In this document: one piece after another, positions 1 to 15,027 of the stretch
How positions within the stretch are numbered: position 1 is the stretch's first letter
How the letters are laid out: each line of letters starts with the position of its first letter
DNA from: the human T2T-CHM13v2.0 reference genome, Homo sapiens
DNA length: 64,000 bases
NCBI RefSeq assembly: GCF_009914755.1
Contig: NC_060945.1
Strand: one strand, 5' to 3'
Notes under the pieces: generated by a model
The model's database searches: none
Told to the model about the DNA's origin: nothing
Seen by the model: the letters and a program-made list of their open reading frames with translations, nothing else
Made by a program: the position numbers and the translations under genes

Positions 1-334
1 CCTTCCTCCCTCCCTGTGCGGGGCTGCATGAGCTCAGGGACCTTTGGACCTGAGAAAGGTCAGGCTCACTTCCTCCCCGTGCCTGCGGTTGGCCGCAGGG
101 GGAATATTCTCCTGACCCGAGTCCCGAAGCCCTGGGCGTGGAGTTTCCCTGGACTGGGAGAAAGTAAACACCGAGGGACTTGCCAAGAGGAAATGGAGAA
201 GCCCAGGTGTTCTGGGCGGAGCTGAGTGTCCCGCAGGGGGTTCCGCAGCTCCTCGCCTCTGGAAGACCAAGGACAGCTTTCCCCAGGGCTACAGCCTCAC
301 GCTCCCCTCCCATCGTGGCTGGGCCTTTACTTGG

Positions 335-700
335 GGGTGAGTGTCCTACAGACGAGGGGCTTAAAGCTACAGGAATGCCTCGTCTCGCAGAGCTGGAGGC
401 TGGAAGGCAGATCGGCCTGTGAGGGCCGCGGTCACTCTTGGTCCTGAGCCCTCCTTGTCCGGCTGCTGGTGTCACGGGCACTCCTTGGGGTTCCTTGGCT
501 TGTGGGAGCATCGCGCCGGCCCCGCCTCTGTCATCAGGCCGCCTCCCCTTCTCTTCTCGAAGGACACCTGCTACGGCGAGGGCCTCTCCAGGATGACCTC
601 ATCTCGTTCTCCACTAATCACAGCTGCCAAGATTTATTTCCAAATAAAGTCGCCTTCTTGGGTTCCAGGGGACCTGATTTTGGGAGGCGCTGTTCCCCCA
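335..700 (-). mobile_element. MLT1 (MaLR) LTR relic
   Basis: ggcttaaagctacaggaa...ctggaggctggaag and gatgacctcatctc...tttccaaataaag motifs typical of antisense MLT1. Confidence 0.6.
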
Positions 701-969
701 GCACAGGGATACAGCAGGCCCTTGGCCTCATCGGACATCTGGTGCCCGCGCGCCCTCTCACTCACGTTGTCCAGGCCTCTGCCCTTCTCAACACCCGGAC
801 GTGGGCGTTCAGGTGTCCTTCCTGCCCTGGCGTATGCCCCACTTAGCTGAGTGGGGGGCTTAGACCTCCGCCCCATCTGCAGTCCTCCTGGGGCCTGCCA
901 ATCAGACCCCCTGCAGCTGCATGGTCTTGGGGCATTGCTGTAAGGCCCTGGGGCCTTTCTGAATCCATC

Positions 970-1150
970 TGCAAGCTGGAGCTGAGTCCAGGAGCTGAGG
1001 CCGGGAGCAGGAGGTGAGGTTGCTAGCTGAGGCTGGGAGCAAGAGCTGAGGCCACTGGAGCTGAGGCTGGGAGCTGAGATGTGGAGCTGGGGCTGAGGCT
1101 GGGAGGAGGGGTTGAGGATACCTGGAGTTTGGGAGCTGGGCTGAGAGGCC
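970..1150. repeat. Degenerate short tandem repeat (gctgggagctgag-like)
   Basis: Repeated gctgag/gctggg motifs. Confidence 0.6.
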
Positions 1151-1319
1151 AGGGAGGAGAGCCCTGCCACCACCCTGCTGCCCCCCCTCGCCACCCCCCT
1201 GCTGCCACCTTGCTGCCACCCTGCCTCCTGTTCCCAGCCCTCTGGCCAGTCCCTGTGTTCGTTTTCTGTTTTCTACTTACCAGAAACTTAGCAGCTTGAA
1301 ACAGCACCCGCTCGGCACA

Positions 1320-1942
1320 CATTCCTGTTGGGAGTGTGAAATGGTGCAGCTGCTGTGGGAAATGGTCTGGTGATTCCTCGCAAAGCTAAACAATTGCCAT
1401 AGCACCCTGCAGTTCCACACCTGGGGATGCACAGCCAGAAATGAAGACGGGTGTCTGAGCAAAAACTCGGACATGAGTGTTCACAGCAGCGTTATTCACA
1501 GTAGCTAGAAGGTGGAAACAACCCAAGTGTCCGTGGACCGAGGAACAGATCAACAGGCCACGGCGCACGCACGACGGAGTATTGTGCAGCCAGAAAAAGG
1601 GTGAAGCTCCCTTACACATTATGGCGTGGGTGAGCCTCAGAAACATGGTGCTAAGTGACTGCGTTTATATAAAAAGCTTGCACTGATGTAAAGTGTCTAG
1701 AGTAGAGAAACCCAGGAGATGAAGTGGATTCGTGGCTTCCAGGGCCTGAGGGCAGAGGGAAGGGACCGGCTGCTGATGGGTCTCCGTTTGGGAAGATGAA
1801 CGAGTTCTGGAGCTTGCTTGAGGCAGTGTCTGCACAACAGTGTGAGTGCACGGAATGTGGCTGAATTGGACTCTTTAAAATAGTTCAGGTGGGCAATGTT
1901 ATGTTATGTGTGTTTTACTACCATACAAATAAGTAAATAAAT
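1320..1942 (+). mobile_element. Old L1M (L1MB-like) 3' end, interrupting an MLT1 relic (~1275-1320 and ~1955-2390)
   Basis: gtgaaatggtgcagctgctgtggga, gttcacagcagcgttattcacagtagc, ggaaacaacccaagtgtcc motifs; ends in an A-rich tail. Confidence 0.75.
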
Positions 1943-2458
1943 GGACAAGCCTGCACCATCTTGTAGCTCACACCTGCAGGTCAGGAGCCGGCCTGGGTCC
2001 CCTGCTGGGGCCTCACCTGGGGCTCAGGCCTCCTCCCAGGCTGGTTCAGAATCCAGGTCCTTGTGGGTGTGGGACTGAGGTCCCCGTTTTCTCGCAGCTG
2101 TTGTCAGGGACTGCCCTCAGCTCCTAGGGCTTTCTCTCGGGTCCCTGCCTGGTGGCCTCTGGTGGCCCCTCCATCTTCAAGCAGCAGGGGCCGGTGGAGT
2201 CCCCCCATGAGTGGCTCTTTCTGGCCATCCCTTCTGCACCCGCCAGAGGAAACTCCGCTTCTAAAGTGTTGGTGTGATGAGGTCAGGCCCGGAGGCACCT
2301 CCCTGTTTTAAGGTCAGCGGGTTGGTGAACTTCACCATGCCTTCAGAATCCCTCTGCCACACAACACAGCCGTCTTGGGAGTAACACTGGAGGCAGAGAC
2401 CACGGGCGACCTCCAAGATCTGCTTACAACAGTCGTTTCGACAGAGTTGAGTCAGCTT

Positions 2459-2628
2459 GGGGCTTCTCCGAGTGACTGTGCACAGGGGTCCTGGGGCTTC
2501 TCCGAGTGACTGCGCGCAAGCGTCCTGGGACTTCTCCAAGTGACTGCGCACAGGCATCCTGGGGCTTCTCCGAGTGACTGCGAACAGGCGTCCTGGGGCT
2601 TCTCTGAGCGACTGCGCACAGGCGTCCC
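2459..2628. repeat. 34-bp minisatellite x5 (ggggcttctccgagtgactgcgcacaggcgtcct)
   Basis: Units start at 2459, 2493, 2527, 2561 and 2595. Confidence 0.92.
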
Positions 2629-3559
2629 TGGGGTCCCTGGGGTTAGGATGCTGGCGCTGGCTCAGCAGGTCTGGGAAGGGCCAGGATTCCAGTGCCCAGG
2701 CTACCGTCCAGGTCCACACCATGCCCCAATGGACGCTCTCCAGCCCCTCCCTGAGGCTGGGGCCATGGGATGAGCTCAGTGGCATCCAGATCAGAGTCCA
2801 CCCCCTCCACACCTTGCCATGGTCCTGATGTCACCAAGTGCATTGTAGCCCTAACCCTCGTGGACCCCCCTTCATGGGGTGGTGCAGGCAGCGTGTTCTC
2901 TGAGGGTAAGGACAGGGCCCAACAGGGGCTGCCCCAAGGAGCCAGTGGAGCCATGGTTCCCCACCTGCCCACTCGTCTGCCCACCCTCCCCTGAGTGGAG
3001 GCAGAGGAGCTGAGAACGGCCTGCCGGCCAGCCCTGGGAAAACCAGGTTCCTTATGGTCTGCTCAGCCATAGAGCCGGAGGCCCCTCCCAGCAGCCCCTG
3101 CCTGCCCACTCTGCCAGAGCTTCTCCATGCAACTTTTCTGCAGCATAGTCCTGTTGCACAAACACCTCTCTCTGCTTTTTCCTTTCTTTTTTTTTTTTTT
3201 AATTTAACCATATCTGCTGTATCATACAAGCACTCAGGATCTTGGTTGCAATGAATGGAAACCTATGCTAAATAACTTTCTCAGAGGGCTCTTGGGGCTC
3301 TGGAAACCAGACAGAAGGCTGGAGAATGAGGGCTGGGCATAGGCAGGTCCAGGGAGGCCAAGAGGGCAGCCTGGCTGTGAGGCAGCTGCTGGTACAGCCC
3401 AGACTGTCCCTGCTTCTGGGTCACTTGCTCCAGACCCAAAGTTCTGCCCAGGAATGTCTGGTGGTCAAACTCCAGCCATGTGGCTCCCTCTTTTCAGAGG
3501 TGAACTCAGTCTTCACTGATAAGGGTAAGGTTCCTGGTGAATCCTGCAGCTTGAATGTC

Positions 3560-3737
3560 CATCCCCATGAATCCGAGCTGAGCCTGCAGGGCTCCCAGCC
3601 CCAGGCCTCCACGGAGAGGAGATGAGCCAGCCCTGCTGAGCCCTGCCCAAACTGCACATGCGTGAGTTAAAGAAACGGCTATTACTGTTTAAAGCCATGC
3701 AGTGTTGGGCTGGTTTGTTAAATTGAAATAGATTACC
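3560..3737 (+). mobile_element. MLT1 LTR 3' part
   Basis: gctgagccctgcccaaactgc...tgtttaaagcca...gctggtttgtta...atagattac. Confidence 0.55.
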
Positions 3738-3739
3738 CA

Positions 3740-4031
<292 letters not shown>

Positions 4032-6077
4032 ATCACCCAACACCACAGATGATCATCAAGTTCATGAAGACGGACCTTCAGTTTGCAGGGGCTGTGTGTC
4101 CATTTCATTGGCTTGGGTCTCCTTTTTTATCCTCAAGGGACTCCCAGGTGTTCCGATGCCCTGGCACTGAGGACTCAGGCCATGCCCTGGCCCACACCCT
4201 GCCCTGCATGTGTTGCAGCCTGAAGTGGTCCACTGGGCCTGGCATGTCTCAAAAGCCAAAAGGGAACAATGCTTCCCGGCTCCACATTCAGTGACAGCAC
4301 GTCAGCAGCTGGAAGCCAGCATCAGTGGGGGTGTTTACACCATGGGAATGGGCCCACTCCACAGACTAGCGCTGTACCAAGAGAGCCAGTTTGGTTTCTG
4401 GGGGTCGTGGGGTTAGGTCCTCATGCTTCTCTCGGACCCACCCCCTAGAAATGTCCCCACCCAACCCCCACTGTAGCCTGGATGGACGGGGATGAGCTCT
4501 GCGGGGCTCCCGCCTGAGCCATCTTGTCTTCAGCTGCGTTTGGGCTCTGAGCTCCAGCCATGCTGGCTCCATGACCCAGGATGGGATTCATGCACTAACG
4601 TGAAGAGAGCAATCTCCTGAACAGAGGAAGGAGTGGGCCCTGGAGGAGCCGTGGCCCTGGGTGGTGGCACCAGGCAGCTGCAGGACCAGGGGCAGCGGTG
4701 AGGCACGAAGCCTCAGACTGGGTGTGGTTCCCACTCGTTCTTGCCGGAGAAACCTGCCTTTTCAAGCATAATTCAATCAAAAGGCCTTTTGTGGAGCCCA
4801 AACTAGAAGGCTTTGGGTTCCAGCACTGTGCCTCAGTTTCCTCATCTGGAGCATAAGGATGGGACCGTCACTGGGTGTAGATGTGGGGTCCCGGGAGGCG
4901 TGCAAGGGCCATGTTTGGGCAGGTGCCTGGAATGGAGGAGGCCTTGGTAAGTAAGCATTCATGAGCGAACCTCCCCTCTGCCGGCTCACATGTCCCACTC
5001 CCTCACATGTGGGCCAGTGTGTTGTCACCCTCTCTGCAGTGAGGAAACTGAGGCCCAGCCCAACGGCAGAGCCAGCCCAGCTGTCTGGGCAGCCCGACTC
5101 CAGAGCCGGGCAGGGAATTGCCTCCTTTCACGTTCAGGGTGACTATGCCAGTGCTCACAGTGACGGGTGGGCCGGGGCCAGCTGGCCTAGGGTCTGCCTT
5201 GCCATCTGGCGACACCATATCGCTCTTCCATCCTGGCATTTGGATTTTGTTACCAACAGCTTCACCAAACCGCCTTTCATGACACCCAGGACAGCCACGA
5301 GGCTGCCCCTGCCCCTGCCCTGCCTCAGTGGGACTCACAGCAGCTCAGAGGCTGGAGGGAGGTCTGGAAGCCCCTAGTGCTCAGTAGAGCAGTGAGATGG
5401 GAGAGAAGCAGCTGGGGAAGGAGGCCAGGTGAGCCTGGTGGGAGGCCTCTCAGTTTCTGCACACTTGGGAACATTCCAGAGTGACTGGCATTTCCCATGA
5501 CTTTCTCTGGGATGAAGTGAGGCTGAGAATGTGAAGTTCCCAAGGGTTACAGACGCTTACTGTTGCAGACACAAATGACTACGCATTCCATCACGGGACA
5601 GTTTTCCTTTGGAAAGAGAATGACCCAATTTCCTTTTTTTCTAAAACTTAAGTCATTCTGCCAAATTTCAACATCCTAATTTTAAATCACTGGTAGAACC
5701 TCGATCCTGAAGTCTATCTTGGCCTCACTACAAGACCCCCAAAGAGCCGTCATCCCTGATAAGGTGGTTTTAAGTTTTAGTGATTGTTATTTTGCAATTC
5801 TTAGATTTTATTCACAAAATCCACGTGGACTCAATTCTAGCTCAAGCCATCTCCATGTCCCCGGCCACCACTGCCTGCCTGCCCTTCCCTGTTTATGGGT
5901 CTTTGTTTGGAGTCACCTCTTGTTTGCCTCAAATAATTAATTTTGAGTTGCTTTTTCGGGAAGGAAATGTTCTTGGTGCAATTTCTGGCCTCTATGTAGC
6001 TGAGAATGTTTTTTCTGTTGCCTGGACTGGTGCAGCGGGTCTCCCTATAGTGACCCGGCCAAGCACAGAAGTCTGGG

Positions 6078-6225
6078 TTTGCAGCTGTGAGACTCCAGAC
6101 ATCACCCCATGGTCTCCTGGCGTTGGTGGGTTTGCAGCCATGAAGCTCCAGCTGTCGCCCCATGGTCTCCTGGCATTGGTGGGTTTGCAGCCATGAAGCT
6201 CCAGCTGTCGCCCTGTGGTCTCCGT
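6078..6225. repeat. 53-bp tandem repeat x~2.8
   Basis: tttgcagccatgaagctccagctgtcgccccatggtctcctggcattggtggg; units at 6078, 6131 and 6184. Confidence 0.88.
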
Positions 6226-6699
6226 GGTCTCCTGGCACAGGATGCTGCTGGGCTACTCAGTTTCTCTCTGTGCTTGTCTGGTGTTTTATGCTTGAAGTGG
6301 AAGATTTCCACCAGATTCATTTTCATTAATTTTGCTTGTCCCCGTGAGCCGTTTGATTAAATAGATTCAGATCTGTCTTCATTCTAGAAGTTCCTTCTCT
6401 TACATACTCTATGGCTGCACCGTTCCGGTTGTTCGAGTTTCTTTATCTGGAAAATTGCTCCTTCGCCCAGCAGGTTTCTGGCTTCCGTCCTCCATGTCTG
6501 CTTTCTCTCTCCTCATCTCTGCCTTCCTCCTCCCTGGGGCATGGGGTGTGGGGCGTGGGGCTGCCGCCGCCTGTGTCTCGGCCTCCTGGTCCGGCTCTGT
6601 GCTTGTGGGTGCTGTTCCTTCAGCTCCCAGTGCCTTGAAAGCTGCCGCTGGGTCTCTCCTGAGATCACCTCCTCACACCTGCCCTCAGCTAATTCATGC

Positions 6700-8385
6700 C
6701 CATCCACCAGCTCCTGTTCCATTCCCGTCTGTTTCATCTGATGTCCCACCAGCTCCTGTTCCATTCCCATATATTTCCTCTCACCAGCTCCTGTTCCATC
6801 CGCATCTATTTCATCTATTTCATCTGACTCCTCACCACCTCCTGTTCCATTCCTGTCTATTTCATCTGACGTCTCACCAGCTCCTGTTCCATTCCCGTCT
6901 ATTTCATCTGATGTCTCACCAGCTCCTGTTCCATCCTTGTCTATTTCATCTGATTTCTCACCAGCTCCTGTTCCATCCCTGTCTATTTCATCTATTTCAT
7001 CTGACTTCTCACCAGCTCCTGCTCCATTCCCGTCTATTTCATCTGATGTCTCACCAGCTCCTGTTCCATCCCCGTCTATGTCATCTGACTTCTCACCAGC
7101 TCCTGTTCCATCCCCGTCTATTTCATCTGACATCTCACCAGCTCCTGTTCCATTCCCGTCTATTTCATCTGATGTCTCACCAGCTCCTGTTCCATCCCCG
7201 TCTATTTCATCTGATGTCTCACCAGCTCCTGTTCCATCCCCGTCTATTTCATCTGATGTCTCACCAGCTCCTGTTCCATCCCCAGCTATTTCATCTATTT
7301 CATCTAACATCTCACCAGCTCCTGTTCCATCCCCAGCTATTTCATCTATTTCATCTATTTCATCTAACGTCTCACCAGCTCCTGTTCCATTCCCGTCTAT
7401 TCATCTGACTCCTCACCAGCTCCTGTTCCATCCCCATCTATTTCAACTATTTCATCTGACGTCTCACCAGCTCCTGTTCCATCCTTGTCTATTTCATCTG
7501 ATGTCTCACCAGCTCCTGTTCCATCCCCAGCTATTTCATCTATTTCATCTATTTCATCTGACATCTCACCAGCTCCTGTTCCATCCCCAGCTATTTCATC
7601 TATTTCATCTGACATCTCACCAGCTCCTGTTCCATTCCCATCTATTTCATCTGACATCTCACCAGCTCCTGTTCCATCCCCAGCTATTTCATCTATTTCA
7701 TCTATTTCATCTGACATCTCACCAGCTCCTGTTCCATCCCCAGCTATTTCATCTATTTCATCTGACGTCTCACCAGCTCCTGTTCCATTCCCATCTATTT
7801 CATCTATTTCATCTGACATCTCACCAGCTCCTGTTCCATTCCCATCTATTTCATCTGACATCTCACCAGCTCCTGTTCCATTCCCATCTATTTCATCTGA
7901 CATCTCACCAGCTCCTGTTCCATCCCTGTCTATTCCCGTCTATTTCATCTGACATCTCACCAGCTCCTGTTCCATCCTCGTCTATTTCATCTGACCTCTC
8001 ACCAGCTCCTGTTCCATTCCTATTTCATCTGACATCTCACCAGCTCCTGTTCTATTCCTGTCTATTTCATCTATTTCATCTGATGTGTCACCAGCTCCTG
8101 TTCCATTCCCGTCTATTTCATCTGATGTCTCACCAGCTCCTGTTCCATCCCCATCTATTTCATCTGATGTCTCACCAGCTCCTGTTCTATTCCTGTCTAT
8201 TTCATCTGCCATCTCACCAGCTCCTGTTCCATCCCCGTCTATTTCATCTGACGTCTCACCAGCTCCTGTTCCATTCCCATCTATTTCATCTGACATCTCA
8301 CCAGCTCCTGTTCCATTCCCATCTATTTCATCTGACATCTCACCAGCTCCTGTTCCATTCCCATCTATTTCATCTGACATCTCAG
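6700..8385. repeat. Large minisatellite/VNTR, 42-bp core unit with a variable internal 9-bp subrepeat, ~37 copies
   Basis: tcaccagctcctgttccattcccgtctatttcatctgatgtc; extra tctatttca copies give 51- and 60-bp units. Confidence 0.97.
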
Positions 8386-10954
8386 CACCCAGTGCCTACA
8401 CTTAATGATTTCCTGAATTTTTCCAGTGAAACTAGCGCCTAAATGTATTCTTTCTTCCTTCAGAAAGTGTTTTTAATCCGCAGGTTGAGTACTGTGTTTT
8501 CCTGATTTGATAAAACAGAATATTTTTATAGCTCTGCCAGTTTTCCTTTTCTTCCTCATGAATAATCAGTGTGATTCAGCTGGGACTTTCCCTGTTGAAC
8601 AGGGAGAGTGGGTTTTTCCAGCCTCTCCTCCTTTTCACTCCGCTGTGGTTGAACTCCTACTTACTCTTTCGGCAGATGGTGTTTGCCAAGTTAGTTTTGC
8701 AGCTGCCTGGGGGTACTGGGGTGGAAGCAGCCCCGGGAAACCCCATGGGGGACTTTGTGTCTTTTACTCCATCACAGCGAAGCCACGGGGCTGGGCCAGG
8801 CCCTGCCCTTTGGGAACGGGCTCCTCCGGTGCTGGCCTTGGCCTTGGCCCCACTTCATCCTGGCCCCTGCCCAGGCTTCCAGCCCCTGCCCACAGCTGCC
8901 CCCTCCAGGGGCTGCCACTGTCCAGGTCAGGGAAGGCTCTTCCTACCTGGGGAGAGGACGCCCTGGCCAGGAACTGTCCCTCAGCTTTCTGTGGTCTCTG
9001 TGTCCCCCGTGCCCTCCGGGTGCCCTGCTGGGGCCCTGCCTCCCCTTGTCGCTCAGCCTTCATGGTAGGGGCTGCGGGTCCCAGCGCCCCTCCTCCTCCT
9101 GGTCACTCACCTCCCACTGAAGCAGCCCCGTCCGCACCAGTGTCTGGGAAACCCCAGTGAGGCCCCTCCCTGCCAGACCCCAGGTGTGGGGGCTTCTGCT
9201 CCACCTGCTGCATCTGCCACGGGGCCCTTTGGAGAAAGTGTTTTACCCAAAGAGGCGAGTCCTGGTGATGCTGGAGCCTGGCCCTCATTGCTGTCAGCCC
9301 CCAGCACCTGGTACAAAGGCCACTCATCCCAGTCTCTGAGCCCTGAAGACAGCGGAGGGCAGCCTGAGACACAGGACCCTCTCCCACCAGCTCCAGGGGC
9401 CAATGCCAGCCTGGCCAGCGGCCGGGACCAGCACAGAGGCTGTGGATGGGGAGGGTGGTGCTGGAGGCAGGGGGCATGCTGGCGGTCTTTTGGGGGTGGT
9501 GGACAGCCCCACACCCTGCTTGCAATGGTGCGTCAGGCAGTGGCCCCTGGTGCCGGCTGCTTCCCCAGCAGTGACCTTGGCTTCTCTTCTGCAAGCCCCT
9601 GCCTGCCCCGAGATGCCAAGCCCCAGGATCCACCAGAACTGCCCTCGCTGCCTATGGCCCCGAGCGCCCACCCTCGGGGCTGGACCTTTGCAGGAGGACA
9701 AGCCATGCCGGCCTCAACTAGCGGAGACCTCTGTGGCCACCTACGGGTCCTCTGCACTGTGCGTGGGGCAGTGGGGACGGAGCTTCCTGCCCCCCGGGGC
9801 CTGCTCTGCTCCTGCTCCTTGGACCTGGAGGAGCCATATCCACACAGACATGCACGACAAATGCGGCTGCAGACACGCGTGATGAATGCAGCATGACAAG
9901 CCAGACCCAGGATGGTGCCTCTCCCCGGACAGGAGCACTGGCCCGAGCCTGGCCCTGGGTGAGCTGCACAGCCGTTCCCTGCCTCGATTTCCCATCTGAA
10001 ATCAGAGCACTCCCTCCACAGGCTGGCGCGAGGACTAAGATCGGGGTAGACCCGTGACCCTAGGGGAGGGTCCCCACAGGCATGAGCTCCTTGGCTTTGT
10101 TTCACGACGATCGTGAACACCAAGCAGGCGTAAAGCATCCCGCAGCGTTTAGGCCCTACCAGAGCATAGCCTTGGCTGATGTGGTCCTCACCCACCGTGC
10201 CTGGCATGACATCTGCCGGCCTATGCTGAGAGGCCGAGAAAGGATGAGGGGTGGGGAGGGTATTCTCTGCATCTGCCCTCCTGTCCACGGGACACCGGGC
10301 CCTGACCTCTGACAGAGGTGAGCATGGGTCCCAGGTGGGCCCATCCGAAGCCTGCCTCAGGAGTGTGAATCTGTGGCTAGGGCCACTTTCCCAGGACACC
10401 TGGACATCAGCTGGCTGAGGTCCCCACCCCTGGAGGCTGGATCAGAGGGGGCCAGAGGGGAAGGAGGCAGTGTCCAGCCCCTGAGAGGAGCAGGGAGGAG
10501 GGATGAGGCCAGAGTCCGAGGCTGGCGGGCCACCCGGGGGCCACTGCTCCAGGCCTGGTTTGGGATCACAGATCACCCTGCTGACACGCTCCCTGTCAGC
10601 ATCTGCACGGAGGAGTTTGCTGGCTGTGGCCTGCAGCCCACACATCCCAACCACAGACACGCTCTTTCCCCACCTTTTGGTCCCTCTAACAACTCAATGC
10701 CCAGAACTTTCTATTGCCCAGGACTCTCAGGGTCCCTTCGGAGGCCGGACAGACCCTCCCCTCCCCAGGCCTTCGTGCAGCCCCTGCTGCATGCCAGGCC
10801 CACCTTGGTGAGGCTGTGTCGGGCTGAGCTCCTGGTCATTCTGCAGCTGGCTGGGCCCAGCTCCCTTTCCAGTTGCCCTCAGGCCACCCAGGAGCAGCTG
10901 CGTAAGGATTGCTAAGCCTGAGTTATCTGCATCTTTCTTCTTTCACTAATTTCT

Positions 10955-11763
<809 letters not shown>

Positions 11764-12804
11764 TGACAAAAGCTATGCCTTCATAAATAGGAGGTTTCCC
11801 ATCTTTTTCTGTGGCCTAGAAAAGTTAGAATTATCTTTTTAAAGGTTAAATAAAATTCAACTGGTCTGCACTTTCCTTAAAGATAAATATCCATCACCTT
11901 TCTAATTTCTCCTGTGGAAGGCGGACTATTCGAATATTCCAGTTCTTCTAGGATTGAGTTTGGTGATTTCTATTCTGCTGGAAAAGCAGCCCTCTCTGTT
12001 TTCATGGGGATGGACTTGACTGTCTTCATCAGTCCCAAAAGTCCCAGGGTGGACACTGCTGCCCAGCCTGGGTGAGATGCTCACCTTCAGCCACGTCTCG
12101 GGACAGGAGCTGGGGCAGGCACCAGCCTGGGTCCAAGGTCTCCCGGGACCAGCCTAGGTGGCCACGTGGCCGCCCTGCAGGAAGGATGGCTCTCCCTTGT
12201 GGTGCTGGGGAGGTGACTTCCATGACAGCGACTGTCACGGACACTTCTGGGAGAGATGAGAAGGGAACAGATGATTTTGGAGCCGTTCAGGTTTCACACA
12301 CGGTTTTAGTCCCAACATTGCAGTCCTCATCGGCAAACGTGATCCCTCCCCCACCGCGTTGGAACATTCTGTACCAGGTTGTATCTTATTGTTTGAAAAC
12401 AAGTTCTGCTAGTTAATTGGTTCGGGAGCAGCACGGGTAAGTAACCTCCCCATCTTCCCAACTTGGAATGTCTGCCTCTTTGTAGATGTATCATTGTTGA
12501 TAGGCTTTTTATTAAAGTTAAATTCCCTTTATGTTTTTAACGTTTGATTATAATTTAATGTCTTCATTTTTCTTTTTAAGCATTTCAAATACCTGACAGG
12601 AAACATTTGCAAAACAGACAGCCAGACTTGTCAAACACTTAAATTACTCTTATCCTTTTAATAAATCAAGCTCATAGCAAACCAAATGCACTTAAACATT
12701 CTAATAGCTTCACAAACTTAGTTACTGAACATCTCCCAGCTTAAAGTTATAACTCTAATAGAAATAATACATTATCCCTAAACTGTACTTTAAAAATGAC
12801 TATG

Positions 12805-13920
<1,116 letters not shown>

Positions 13921-13924
13921 TAAT

Positions 13925-14310
13925 CATATTCTGCATATTCATCCCATATCAGATACACAATTTGCACCTACCTTCTCCCATTTCATGGTTGTGTTTTCAC
14001 TGTTCAGTGTCCTTGGTGCACAGATGGTTTAAATTTAATGTTTTTTTCTGTTGCTGCTTGTGCTTTTGGTGTCATATCCTAGAAATCACTGCCAAAAGCA
14101 ATGTTGTCAGGCTTTTCCCCTGGGTTTTTGTCTGAGAGTTCTATATTTTTTGCTGTTACATTAGGGTTGTTGGTCTGTTCTGAGTTAGTTTTGGTACATG
14201 GTGTGAGGTAGGGGTCCAGCACTATTCTCTTGAGCGTGGAGATGGTGATGGGCTTTTCCGAGAAGAAGTAGTTACCCAGGATTTTTCCCTGTAGATGGCT
14301 CTGTGTTCTT
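13925..14310 (-). mobile_element. Old L1 ORF2-region fragment
   Basis: Minus-strand translation LDPYLTPCTKTNSEQ...NVTAKNIEL resembles L1 ORF2p LDPYLTPYTKINSKW. Confidence 0.8.
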
Positions 14311-15027
14311 GGTTTGCTTTGCCTCTGGCTGTAAACTACTGGCAGAGCAGACTGTGGACATGAGATCAAATGAAGGTTTAATGAAGACCATTTGTTTAAC
14401 CTTGGCTTGGATTTGCAAGTAAACAGACTTAGAGACAGACCCAGACATCTGAAACCACTTGATTAGTCTATGAACAACACAAATTCCACACACAGATGGA
14501 AATTTGACCCTTGGAAACTTACCTTATGTGCTGCCTTATCCTCAGCTCCTAGCAGGCTCAACACTAACTTGGAAAATGGAAGGATTGTGGGAATCCTGCA
14601 TCGTTGCTGCTCATGGACTCTACCCATTCCTAGTGGTTTAGAGGCTACCCAGCCAGCTCCTTCTGCCTGGCCTCCCTCTGCCTGTCTGTCCGTCCAGCCG
14701 GCAACACCGTCCTCGCTCCTGTCCTCTGGCCACGGTGGCCCTATCCCATGGCGTCACATGGGCACACATCTCTGTGTTCGTCATCCAGGCCAGGAGCCTC
14801 TTGTCTACTGGCCTTGGGACCTGGCTTGCTGTGTGCTCTGGGCCTGGGAGCCTCCCTCCATCCATAGACTCAGGCCGTGCTTATGCCCTGTGCTCACATG
14901 TGTGAGGGGGTCTGCAGTGCACGTGTGATGTGGTGTGTGTGGCACTCTCAGCTGCCCTTCCTGTCTTCTCTCCCCCGAGCCTAGGTAGTCCTCCACCATG
15001 TTGGGACGCAGGGCCCCAATAAGAGGG

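Noticed and set aside
6700-8385. CRISPR-like repeat array
   Set aside because: Eukaryotic context; units are contiguous with no unique spacers and there are no cas genes.
6455-8442. 317-aa, 501-aa and 265-aa ORFs resembling mucin-like or acidic repeat proteins
   Set aside because: Products of a minisatellite whose unit length is divisible by 3; internal frameshifts swap the peptide, and no splice or promoter context is evident.
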